A stretch of DNA of 63,718 nucleotides, filler included, from Reclinomonas americana ATCC 50394 (lineage: Eukaryota), in assembly GCA_048213135.1 (NCBI GenBank). It is 8 parts of 4 records of this genome, joined end to end, with 100 filler letters (N's around TTAATTAATTAA, not from the genome) between each part and the next. Parts side by side here need not be neighbours in the genome. Positions count along the whole stretch, not along the records: positions 25,479 to 52,081 come from PS015139.1; positions 52,182 to 56,439 come from PS015141.1; positions 56,540 to 62,082 come from PS015142.1; 5 more parts are not named here. One strand, written 5' to 3'. The translations under genes were made by a program, and so were the position numbers. This document shows, piece after piece, positions 48,678 through 60,300 of this stretch (position 1 is the stretch's first letter; each line of letters begins with the position of its first letter). Below the pieces are notes generated by a model. That model was given only the letters and a program-made list of their open reading frames with translations, did no database searches and was not told where the DNA came from.

Positions 48678-51160
48678 CCAATGGCCACCGTCGATCCACT
48701 TCTCTTGCAGAAGACAGATGCAGGCACGAGGCGAAACAGAGAGAGTCCTTTTCCCGTTGATATCTCTCCCTTCAGGAAGACAGACTCAGGAGGTTGCTTT
48801 CCCCCGACCCTTCCTCCCTTCCCCCCTTCCGCAATCCCTTTCCCTTCCTACTCACCTCATTATCAAAACCCTTGCCATCAAAGCACCCACCCTCCATTGT
48901 AAACAGCGGCTCCGATTCAACCGACAGCATTCTGCACGGCAAGTCAGTGACACGAGATGTGTCCACTGCGGTTTACCACACGCACCGCAATTTCTTCTGC
49001 CGGAATCCCTTCATTTTGTGCGTACATGAGGCAAACGTGCCTCGTTCGTCCTCCACGCGATACTCCTTTTTCAAAAAGCTGGACAAGGCACTCGTGAAAC
49101 ACAGTCACGAGAGACGACATTGCTTGTGGTGTACGCAACATGGCAGTTCGTGCCTTCTCCAGCTTGTAGATTGGTCGTTTGCTGGCGAAATCGACCAGCG
49201 TGTGTGATGAACCGGAAAGCACAAACAGCGCAACAACTTGCTGATCAGATCCGAGCACGGCCGGAATCTGTGGATTTGTCAGCCATCCCAAGAGAGGAGA
49301 AGTTCGTAAGGAACAAGGACGCACATTCTCACGCAATTCAAAACGGCGGAAGGAGAACAACTGCGGCGTCCACACGGATGCCTCTGGCGGCAGTCCGCGA
49401 TACGGGTAATTGGTGAGCTCCAGTGATACGCCAATGCGACCAGCCGACCTGAAGGAAAGTCAGATCAAATACGTCTGGCTGAAGGAGCCAGCAAGACAAC
49501 TCACGTTCCAGTCGGGCCGTGCAAATCATAGGTCTGCCACTGGTGTACTTGCGAAGGGTGCGTAAAGAGTTCCTCCAGTGGCAGCTGCACAGAGCCGTAC
49601 ACCGTGTCCTTGCTCCTGTAGTATGAGTGACAGGACACATGAGAAACCAATCCTTGCACTTACTCCTGTTCTCACCATCGCCCTCTTTCCACTCGCCTAT
49701 ACCAAGTCTCCCTTCCCCTCTTCCCTCTTCCCCCTCGTTTCCCTTTTTCCCTCCCTCTTCCCTTTATCCCACTTCCCCTTCCCTCCCTTTCTCCCTCCCT
49801 TTCCCCTCTCGATTTTCTCGCCCTCCCTTCCCTTCCCCCTTCCCCTTTTCCCCTTTCCCCTTATCCCCTTTTCCACTCCCCCTTCTCCTATGAACGCACC
49901 CCCCATGCACTCGACAATACACCCGCACATCCACCAACAACTGCGACGACGAATCAAACGTGAGCGTGAACTCGTTGCCCGTGAAATCCGGCGAGAGGCC
50001 CTCGAGAGCGGCCGTGCGCTTCCGTTGCCGGCGATTCTGACGAAAGACCTCGGGACACCCGATGCCGACCACCGCGTACGGATGATCGGGTCTGTAAAAG
50101 CCAATGAGAAACAAGAGGAGAGGAAATCCTTCTCCGATTAACGCACCGTCCCTTGACCTCCGGCAGCAGACCTTCGACACGACCGAGCGAGATGGACATT
50201 TCAAACTCCTCCGTCGGTGACAGCAAGGCGGGAATGGCGTCGGACTCGTCGAATTCCCAATAGACGCGCCGTGCACTCTCAATGTCCTGCGGTTACGGGA
50301 TAAGACAAATGGGAGAGGACACTGCTGGTGTCCAGCACAACGCACCTCCACCCATTTCAACGAATCAAGGCTGAAGAAGGAGCAGTGCTGATTCGGCAGC
50401 GTGGTGACCACAAATGTGTTGCCGCGTGGACAGTGCACTGCGGCTTCATGTCAGAGAAGAGCATTGGTCAGCCAGCTCATCAAAATAGTCACCTTTGCTG
50501 ATCGAGCTCAAGTCGTACTGTTTCTTCAGCTCGTAGATTGATTCCGTCATGTAGAGCTCGTAGTTGGTCAAGAACAGATATCTGACGGAAGCGTGAGCCG
50601 TCCGTGGGAGGGACAGAGAGACGGTGCAGTACAAACGCACCTCAGGTGCCGCGCACCACTGCGCGACTTCACCACGAGACCGTATCGCAACAGAGTCTCA
50701 CCCGGTCGATGTATGTACATGCGCTGAAACAGAATGACGTCGTCCTCGCTCAGTCGACTACGCAAATCGTTAGCAATCAGAGGAAGGTCAACGTGCATGA
50801 AGGGAAACTCAACTAAGCAGCCGCCAGTGCCGCCGCCTGCGGCTCCTCTTTGACAATGCTCTGAATGGCATCACGCGCACGGTCTCGATCGGCGAATGGA
50901 TTGCGAAAGGGCACTGTCGGTACTTGTTCACCTGCACGTAACAGTGAGATGCGGTGTGATGATGAAAAGAGAAATCCTTCAACAAAATACCCTTGCCGCC
51001 CAGCATCAGCACGCCCGAGTACGAGGGTGTGTTGGTCAGCGGCACGTACAGGCCATGCAACACTCCCTGGTAAACCTCGTCCACATCCTACGATCGTGAA
51101 GCGTGAGCCGGTGGGAGAGCGAAGGAAAAGAATGCAGAAACAAACCCGAATAAAATCCAT
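46539..51160 (-). CDS. Multi-exon protein with PH-like and C2-like domains and a possible tubby/LURP-like C-terminus
   Basis: MDFIR|DVDEVYQG start (ATG 51160). PH-like: LLRYGLVVKSRSGARHLR|YLFLTNYELYM...NTFVVTTLPNQHCSFFSLDSLKWVE. C2-like: HPYAVVGIGCPEVFRQ..KRTAALEGLSPDFTGNEFTLTF. Terminal exon ...LLMEVMHQDVDVALLLIFAQYALL..*. That all pieces form one gene is inferred across the 48059-48555 gap. Confidence 0.5.
46865..47800. repeat. ~60 bp minisatellite, about 15 head-to-tail copies, intronic
   Basis: Unit GTGTGAAAGAGAGACCAGCTGYTGCTRTTGGCGYCTGTTGGCGACAAACACGCARGYAGCAGGAGAGAAGATGTAGCA-like repeated without unique spacers. Confidence 0.95.
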
Positions 51161-51440
51161 TTCCGCCTCGCCGAGAACACATCCACGAACCACTCGATCT
51201 GTTTGACAAGAGGGGTGGTGAGAAGAAACGAATCAAGAAGTCACTCAATCTATTCTCTGAGCCCAGAAGGCAGGAGCAGAGTATTTCTCTTTCCTAAGAC
51301 TGGGAAGAGAGGAAACTTCAGGGCCTTCTCTCCTATTCTCTTTCTCTCTCTCTCGCACACACACATTCTTCAATCACTTCCGTCTCATCAGTGCACAACC
51401 TCTCAGTATTGATGAAATGCAACAGCAGATGCCAGAACCA

Positions 51441-51935
51441 TCATTTCCTCACTCCTCCCACACTCCCTTTCTCGGCGATCCTTCCATGTGCGAAATATGA
51501 ACACTCTCCCTCCCTCCCTCCCTCCTCCCTTCCCCCCATCGCACCTTCCGCCACCGAATGCAACAAATGCAACATATCGCGCAACCCGGTGACCATCAGC
51601 GTCGCCAAATGCCCCAACAGCACCTCATGCACCGACACCTCCGTCGCCGCATGCGGCGGCGGCGACAACACCGGCGACGTCACCGACGCCGACGAACTCG
51701 ACCCCGGCGACGACATGGACGGTGGCGGTGGCGACGACATGGTCCCCATTAGAGGCGACGACAGGGTCGCCGAGGGCGCACTGCCGGGCGGAGGCGGCGA
51801 GTTGGGCAGTGAGGTGGGCGGCGGTGGAGGCGACGGTGCAGCTGAGGAGGCGGCAGAGCTCGGGTATCCCACAAATGTCGTCGGCGGTGATGCGGGTGGT
51901 GAGCTGGCGGCGTATCGACGCGCAGCCAGCACGTC
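51441..51935 (-). CDS. Terminal Ser/Pro-rich exon of a gene whose remainder lies in or beyond the 52082-52181 gap
   Basis: Polypyrimidine tract plus CAG acceptor on the minus strand, then GC-rich frame DVLAARRYAASSPPASP...HEVLLGHLATLMVTGLRDMLHLLHSVAEG. Confidence 0.5.
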   Translation of the reverse strand, partial: DVLAARRYAASSPPASPPTTFVGYPSSAASSAAPSPPPPPTSLPNSPPPPGSAPSATLSSPLMGTMSSPPPPSMSSPGSSSSASVTSPVLSPPPHAATEVSVHEVLLGHLATLMVTGLRDMLHLLHSVAEGAMGGREEGGREGECSYFAHGRIAEKGSVGGVRK

Positions 51936-52248
51936 CTGCATGCGGAAGGAGTGAGAAGCGAGGGGAGGGAGGGAGGGGGAGGGAGAGGGAGGGGGGAGGG
52001 AGGAGGGAGGGGGAGGGAGGGGAGGGAGAGGGAGGGAGAGGGGGAGAGGAGGGAGGGAGGAGGGAGGGAGGAAGGAGGAGGNNNNNNNNNNNNNNNNNNN
52101 NNNNNNNNNNNNNNNNNNNNNNNNNTTAATTAATTAANNNNNNNNNNNNNNNNNNNNNNNNNNNNNNNNNNNNNNNNNNNNAGGTCCCACATCTGTGCTA
52201 CATTTTTTCTCTCTCAAAAAGTCCAACGTACACATCCACTCGCGGCAG

Positions 52249-53733
52249 GTGGTGGTGTGTGTCCGTGATGCCATCGCGGAGGACGATGTCGAAGACTTTA
52301 GGAGGCTTCTCGAACGGCCCGACATGGAAGATCCGGGCTTTGACTGCCCGCATTTGCGCGACACTGGATACTGCCGGTGAGTGTACCACTTGCGCCGAGA
52401 TAGATGCATGACAACAACTGACAATGCTGGCTAGATCGCGCAACTTGATGTTCCGTGGTCTGTGTCCGTACCACCACGACTGGCGCAAGAGTCGCCCGAC
52501 GCAGGACGCTACCTTTACCATGAACCCGTCCACGGATGAACGCCTGCACAGTGCAATTGTGGCCGCTTTCAGAAACGAGGGTATTTCGGTGAGTGGAGAG
52601 AGAGAGAGAGAGAACAAGTAGGGTTGGCGGGGAGGAATGGGATTAGCCGCTGTCCCTAGCTGACGCACGCCCAACAGAGTGTCAACATTATCGAGATCCG
52701 CAAGGTGTCGAATCCGAAGCTTGAAGAGCTCTTCCTGCGACGCCAGGCGGCCCTCGCTGCCGAGCTTGGCTATCCTGTGGAGCCAATTGAGCTGTACCAC
52801 GGCACCGTGGAGGACGCTTTGCAGTTCATTCTGAAGCACAGGTGCGTCCATCCGGAGCTTCTCTCTCTCCCTCTCTCTCCCTCTCACTGCTCTGTTTACA
52901 CAGCATGTTGCCGCCTGCCGATTTCAACGTCAATAAGCACTGCGACAATGCGCGCCGACTGTACGGTGCGCTTTGTCTGCTGCTTATTTGCACTCATCAA
53001 CATCGTAATTCATCTCGTTGTGTGTGTACTCGCAGGCGAGCAAAGGTCCAATCCGCTGTGCGATGTGGCGTGCCAGCATTGCGCCAGGGACCCGTCGCGA
53101 CATCAGCGAATCATACCGTGTCACATGTTTGGGTGCGTATGTGTGTGCATTGGCCACCCACAATGTCGATGATTTTTCCACTGACGGGTGAAACGCGCAG
53201 ACTCGGAGTGTACTTTGCGAGGCAGCTCGCGTTGCGTAAACGTTTTATTTGGCTTTGTGCTGTATTCGAAGCAAGCAGCTCACTGTTTGTGTGTGTGTGT
53301 GTTCGTTGTGCAGAAAATCGCACCGGTACACTCATGGACCTCGTCGAGTGATTTTGCGGTGCAGGGTGCTGCTCGGACGCCCCGAAGAGGTGCAGAAGCT
53401 GAATTCGGAGGCTGAGCGACATGACGATGTCGCTCCTGCGCCCGGCTATCACTCCGTGAAGGGCATAGGTCACGGCAAGAACGCGCCACGCGATCACCTG
53501 CACCTGGTCAACGACGAATGTTGCGTGTGTGATTTGTCTATCCCTGACTGTCTATGTCGCCACTCACCCTTATTCTTCTGTCTCGCAGACATGTTGCGTC
53601 GAGACGGCAAGCGTCTTGCGGTCTTCTGTGTATGTGTGTGTCCGCGACTGACCTCTTCGTTCTCGTCTCGCGCAGTATCTTCCACCCGTACCAGCTGCTG
53701 CCGGAGCTCGTCATCATCTACAACGCCAAGTAA
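52249..53733 (+). CDS. PARP-family ADP-ribosyltransferase with CCCH-like zinc finger; 5' partial
   Basis: Spliced product: CPHLRDTGYCRSRNLMFRGLCPYHH...IIEIRKVSNPKLEELF...ELYHGTVEDALQFILKH...CHMFGLGVYFARQLAKSHRYT..VILRCRVLLG...PGYHSVKG...NDEYIIFHPYQLLPELVIIY*. All PARP signature blocks present with an H-Y-E triad. Confidence 0.9.
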
Positions 53734-53849
53734 AAAAAACGAAGCATGTAGATGTGTATGTGTATATCAATTAGAATCATCGTTATCAATTTCATTAAAC
53801 AAGGGACAGCTGCAGGGTGGCTCGAAAAAGAAAAGAGAAGAGCAACACA

Positions 53850-54990
53850 TCATCGAGGTCTTTGCACTCGGCTTGGCACGGGCGCCATCGATTTGGCAGC
53901 GTCCCGATGCATCATGGCCCACACCGGTGCTCCCGGCTCCAATGCCGCCATTCCGTCGTCCTCGGTGCTGCCAAACGGTAGCACCGCGTTCACTCGCGCC
54001 CCACCAACGGCGCCCACAGCTTGCCTCGTGACAAGCACCGGCTCACCCATGGGCGCCACGCTTGGTCTCCTCATCTCTACGGCAGCGACCGATCGCCGGT
54101 CATTCCGAGGAACCACGGCCGAGGCGACGACGCGCGCCCTCGAATCTACCACCACGCTCGCTGCTCGTGGTCTGCTCCCACCATGTCCGTCCGCATCCGC
54201 CTCATTGATGGCATGCAGCGCAAGCGCTGGCGTCCCTGCCAGTGCCCGCTGAGACAATGGCGGTGCAGGTGGCGGCTGGCTATAGCCATGGTGCACGTGA
54301 CGACGGGGTGGGTGGCCGCGAAGTGGCGTCGCGTGTGCTGGGGCAGCACTGGCAATCGCATCTGCATCTCTTCTCGGCCGCGGCGGGGTGTTGGTATCCA
54401 TCCGCTTCGACGACGACGACGACGGAGACTGCTGCGGTAATGTGCCCTGTAACCGAGATCGCGATGCCTCCTCCCCTCGTGCCTCCTCCTCCAGTTTTCG
54501 CAGCGATGTCATTGTGGCCGCCACACGCTTGCGTTCCAACTCGGTCTGCTCCTCGCGTTGTCGTGAGCGGATGCTGTATTGTCGGATGCGATGATGAGTG
54601 ATGATGAGGTGGATGACAACTCGTACACACACAGCAGCAGCAGCAGCAACGCAACGTGCTGGCAATTGCGCACTCGCAACACCACACGCACGGGCACAGC
54701 GTGACGCAGCACAGGTTGGCCATACATCCACCGCACGTCTGCGAAACTGAGACGTGAGCGAAACCGTTAACTCGCAACCGATATACAGCGTGTGTGCTTT
54801 CGTCAACGAGCTCAGTGCCAGAAGCGGCTCAGACTCTTGTGCCTTGTACTCTGCACGTCCGCTGCGCTATGCTACTGTATACCTCTCTATGTCTCTTGCA
54901 AAGCGCGTGCGTGTGTGCCTAGATTGGTCAAACGGGCGCGTGTGTGTGAATGATGAGACGCAACACAGCAATCACTCCGAAAGAAGCCGA
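53850..54990 (-). CDS. Spliced gene of unknown function (coiled-coil and low-complexity C-terminus)
   Basis: Long open terminal frame RQYSIRSRQREEQTELERKRVAATMTSLRKLEEE...VQRPR*, with short upstream exon-like pieces. The 5' boundary is approximate. Confidence 0.45.
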
Positions 54991-55999
54991 GGCAACAGAA
55001 GTGCTCAGAGAACCATGCGGGCGAGACGCTCGCCGACATGTCGGTGCCCAGGTCGATGGCCATGTGTTGCTTGAACACTGCCCGCCAGGCTGTTTTTCCA
55101 CCACAACTCTTTTCTCTCTCGCCACTCAATCAAATTGAAGAAAACTGGCACTCGACGAAAAAAATCGGCCGCGATGCGAAATGCCGCAAGTAGGAAACTG
55201 AACGGGGCGTGCGGAAAGGCGCTTCGCCAAGGAGAGCTCAGGAAGGCAGAAGGAGGGCGACCAATCGTCGGCGGGTAGTACAAACAGAGTGGTTGCATGT
55301 GTGTTCGAAATGATATAAAATGTATCCGATTTTGGACATCTCAGCACTGCGAGGTGACGGACCGGCAGCCTCTGCCCTGGGTGGGAAACTATGGAGAGGA
55401 TCTTGTTGTGCATCAACACCAGGAAATTTGAGGGCCGATCGTTGCTTTTCCCTCAAGATAACGGGAAAGTTGTTTTCGTCGTGACCGGATGGAGTTTTGC
55501 GTGAATCGACACCGAGCGACGGTGGCGATCGTTACAATACGGTGTACTCTCTGCCTTTCTGCAATGTGCGTTAACGACTGCACCTTGTCTCTAGTCGCGT
55601 TGCACATTCGATGTTTCCAGGTGCGACGACAGCGGCGTAAATTCGGGATTCCGGATCCTTGCTGCCCGAATTCGACGTCTGGAGAGGCAGCATCGCACGT
55701 GCCTGTGCATGGCGCTGCGTGATATCATACTGAAGTCGACCAGCATCGGGCAACACCTTTGGTACAACGACGGCTGCAGTTGCTCCGTCCAAACAATCGA
55801 TATCGCGACGTCGACGTCGTGATGTCAACAACCTCGACTCGTTGAGTCTCTCATCGCGTGAATGAGTCTCGTCATCTTCACTACTGCATAAGCGCCATAA
55901 TCCGAGAGCGTTTCTGATGATGAGCGGACGTCGCGAGTGAGAGTTGTCCGCCGTTCATTGAATTCCCTCGGTCGCGCTCTCCTCCACCCCACCCCTCTC

Positions 56000-56372
56000 A
56001 TGCACGCACACAAGCGAGTCATCCCGGTCGAGAGCGGCGACGATTCCCCGCTCTCCGGTGTTTCGGTCGGCGACGAAGGCGTCGGCTCCAGCAGCCATGC
56101 GGTGGGACGCAAGGGCGTGTCGGCGCCGGCGGCGGCACGAGCGCCTTCGCCAGCCACAGTGGTGAAGCGCATGATGTGGGACGGGCAGCACTCGGCAGCC
56201 GCCAAGAGCATCTTCTGGTTCGGCTGCTATCTGTGGGTCATCGGCCCGCTGATGTTCTTCATGCCGCGTCTGGCGGTCGTCACCTCGTTCCCGGATCTCG
56301 TCGCGCGGCTGCCGTACGAGACGTGGCTGATTGTGGAGCCCATGGCGCGCGTGACGGGCTTCATTGTTGCGT
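56000..56372 (+). CDS. Small integral membrane protein, first exon (3' partial)
   Basis: MHAHKRVIP...SAAAKSIFWFGCYLWVIGPLMFFMP...VEPMARVTGFIVA has two hydrophobic helices, followed by GT-rich intron-like sequence and a gap. Confidence 0.55.
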
Positions 56373-56539
56373 GTGCGTGTGTGGGAGAATCTCCTGCATG
56401 TGTCTGCGAGATGTCTGTGCAGAGTGAGAGAATTTCTTCNNNNNNNNNNNNNNNNNNNNNNNNNNNNNNNNNNNNNNNNNNNNTTAATTAATTAANNNNN
56501 NNNNNNNNNNNNNNNNNNNNNNNNNNNNNNNNNNNNNNN

Positions 56540-56902
56540 GCTGCTGGAGGAGGGATCGGGCGTCGGCGCGGCGGCCGAGAGCGATCCATGTGGTGGCGAG
56601 GGCGACGGAGGAGGCCCAGGTGTCGGGGTGTGTGGCGCCGAGGGCTTGCCGGCGACGGCGGCAGCAGTCTTCGTACATGTCGGCGGCCTGTTGGACAAAG
56701 CCTTGTCGCTCGATGACGCTGGCGAGGTGTGCCATGGACTGCAGTGTGTCACGGTGGTCGGCGCCGAGCAGCGCGGTCCGGGAGGCCAGACAGCGCCGTT
56801 GCATTTCCTCGGCGTCGGTGAAGCGGCCGAGATCGGCGAGTGCGGAGGCCAGCATGTAGCGCGTCGCTTGAATGGCGAGAACCAGAGGACCTGTGTGTTC
56901 AC
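56540..56902 (-). CDS. TPR-repeat fragment (42-aa kinesin-light-chain/TPR_12 type)
   Basis: LGRFTDAEEMQRRCLASRTALLGADHRDTLQSMAHLASV..QG...ALGATHPDT. The contig is bounded by gaps, so its orientation is unverified. Confidence 0.85.
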
Positions 56903-57306
56903 NNNNNNNNNNNNNNNNNNNNNNNNNNNNNNNNNNNNNNNNNNNNNNNNNNNNNNNNNNNNNNNNNNNNNNNNNNNNNNNNNNNNNNNNNNNNNNNNNN
57001 NNNNNNNNNNNNNNNNNNNNNNNNNNNNNNNNNNNNNNNNNNNNNNNNNNNNNNNNNNNNNNNNNNNNNNNNNNNNNNNNNNNNNNNNNNNNNNNNNNNN
57101 NNNNNNNNNNNNNNNNNNNNNNNNNNNNNNNNNNNNNNNNNNNNNNNNNNNNNNNNNNNNNNNNNNNNNNNNNNNNNNNNNNNNNNNNNNNNNNNNNNNN
57201 NNNNNNNNNNNNNNNNNNNNNNNNNNNNNNNNNNNNNNNNNNNNNNNNNNNNNNNNNNNNNNNNNNNNNNNNNNNNNNNNNNNNNNNNNNNNNNNNNNNN
57301 NNNNNT

Positions 57307-60300
57307 TCTCGAGCGAAAACCGACCGACTTGCCCAATGACGACACCAATCCGCTCGCCGCGTTGACAACTGCAGCCGAGAAGCTCCTCACCACATGCTCC
57401 TAATTACCCACAACCTTATAATCACTGTTCTTGAATACACACAAACTAATGAGCTGTTTACGTGCACGGGTTGTGGTGAGGGGAAAGGCAAGACAACAAC
57501 ACGAAACCCACCCTCCTGTCGTCCAGTCGACTTCCTCCGGTCGGCAGATTTTCAATCGCCTCCGTGTGCGCAGTGCATCCACACAGGTAAATGCTCTCCC
57601 TCCCACCCTCTCTTCTCTCCCTCCATCTCCTCCTCTTCTCCCCCGCTTTGTGCGCGCATTGTGCGTGTCCGCCTCTTCATCTCACATGAATGTCTATGTG
57701 CGTCCCTCACACTTGCACCCCCGCGCGCACACACAGAGAGCAGAATGGCTGAGCCTGCTGGGAGCATTCCGCCAGGTGATGGCTCCCCGCATCATCATCC
57801 GCTGATTCTGGAACCCGGAAATCGCTCTGGTGAGTTGGAACACACACGCACACAAGCACACTTGCACACTCAAAGTTGTTGTCCGGCACCCCCTTTTCTC
57901 TTTCTCACACACACGCACACACACACACACATGCATGCACACACGCGACACGCATGCACATATGTGTTGCGCGCATGTGAGTTGCTCTTTATATCTGACT
58001 GCGATTTGTTCCGCACATGCATGCATCGCGTCATCACTCTCTCTCACTCACTCTCTCGCGCGCGCACTCTCAGGATGGACATGCGACTGTTGTCTCGGCA
58101 ACCCGGTGCATCCGCGCTATCGTTGCAATCTGTGCGACTATGACACGTGCGGTGATTGCGCAGCGCGTGTGCAGCGCATTCGCTCGTACGTGGCCCGCGC
58201 GCGCGGCCGCCCGTACTTGCTCCCGCTCACGCACCCGCATCCGACACCGCCCAGTGCCCGTGGCACTTGTTGCGTGCACGCGCGCGCGCGCTGCCTCGTC
58301 AGACTGTGCGCTCACTCCTCGTTCCTGCAGCCTTNNNNNNNNNNNNNNNNNNNNNNNNNNNNNNNNNNNNNNNNNNNNNNNNNGTCGGCCACGGAAGCAA
58401 TGAGAGCACGACCGACCTCGCCACCGATTTCGGTGAACGCGGCCAGCATGGAGAGCAGCAAATCGGCCGAGAGCGTTGACAACTCGGCAAAGGCGCCGAC
58501 CTCTGCTGCCGACGTGTCAGTCGAGTCCACCGGACGTCCGGCCAACATGGCCTCCAGACGACGGGCGAGAACGTCGGGTGGGTACGATTCGCAGTCGGCG
58601 GGCGAAGACTGCGAACTCAGCTCCTGCTGCGCTCGCGACGTCAACTCCTGCACCACCAACTGCAGCAGGGCAATGCGATTCTGCAGCAGGCCTGTGCACA
58701 CGACATGTAAGAGAGACGGAGAGATCGTATGAGGCCTGGGAGAGGGACGCAACGAGGATAGCTGACATCCTCGGCCGGGGCCGGCGACGGCAGCGACACC
58801 AGGTACTGCACGAGCTCCTTGGACTTGGTGGCCAATCGATCGGCCAGCGGCTCGCCGGTCAGGCCACCAAGACCACCGAGGCGCACAGCCACTTCGTCGA
58901 AACCGGCAGGCACCGCGTCGGCGGGCGCGGCCGCTCCACTAGCAGCGGGCGGTGGCGGCGGCGGCGGCGGCGGCACTCCAGCAGCAGCGGCCGCTGCAGC
59001 CGAGTCGGCCAAACTCTCACGCGACATGAACGCCAGCGGATTGTCGGCCGGCTTGGCCGGCACACGACTGGAGCGTGTGTGGCACGCTGCATGAGCACCG
59101 AGCTGATACGAATCCAGATCGCCAGCACCAGTGCACGCAATGTCGAGCAGCTCGTGATCGCTGAGGCCGACCACGGGGTTGTCGAGCAGCGCCTGATCCA
59201 TGCACTTGATGCAGAGATCAAAGTCGCACGCGTCGCAGCGGTAGCGCGCACGCGGATGCTGCGGATGCGCCTGCGGGTACGTCTTGCGGCACTTGTTGCA
59301 AGAGNNNNNNNNNNNNNNNNNNNNAAGTTTTCCACGGCATTGGAGCGCCTGCCAATGGCGTGCCTGCGACCGGCAGCTGCTCGACCGCGAGGAGCACCGG
59401 AGCCACCAATGTCGGAGGCCACGCTGGACTCGGTTGCGTACTCCTCTATAATGTCACCCGCGTTCTCACACCTGCGCGCCGTTCTCACGCATGGAGTGCA
59501 GATTGTGCGCGCACTGTTGCACAACGAGTACTCGTTTGCCGACAAGATTGGAGACGCAGCAGTGCTGCGCACACTGCTTTCTGTTTGGCGTGCTCGTGGC
59601 TCTCTCGCGCTCGCACTTGAAATGGTGCAGTGGCTGCGATCGCCCAAGCTGCAAGGTCTCGTCAATGTCGCCCATCTCATTGGAGTCAGTCATGTAGGCG
59701 AAACTCACACTACACGACACCAGGCCACACGTTCCCCGTGACCTCGTTGCATGTGCTGGTGCACGAGGTGCGCCAGCTCCTCATGAGCTCATCTGACGGT
59801 TTATCGGCCAGTGCCGTGCAGGCCCGCACCGTTGCCGCCGAGCTGTGCAACGGCGATCGCATCGAGGCAGCAGGTCGCCAGTTCACCGCAGTGGAGGCTG
59901 CGACCCTGATTCTCATCCACTCGGCGCTGGTCGCTTTCGACTACGAGGCCAAGTGCACCGTCGACGAATCGCAGAGGCCGCTCTTTGTTCCGTTCGTGCT
60001 CGAGCTTGATCGGCGCACGTCGGAGTCGCTGGTGGCGCTGCTGGAGGACCTGAGCGGGCAGTTTGGCAGGTGCGTCACTTTGTAAGTGGAGTGATGCTTG
60101 CTCGCGTCTATTGTCGCTCAATACTTGGATTCACACGCACACACACGCACAGCGAGACGCTGCGCACGGCCGAGGAGTCGCGCGCCGATGCGTTCTCAGT
60201 TGGCATCATGCTCCACCTGCTTGGCATGCATTTGCGTTCCATGCGCACGCCACGCAAGACACGTAGCAAGAAGGCCGAGGAGCGCGTCATTGAGACGAAT

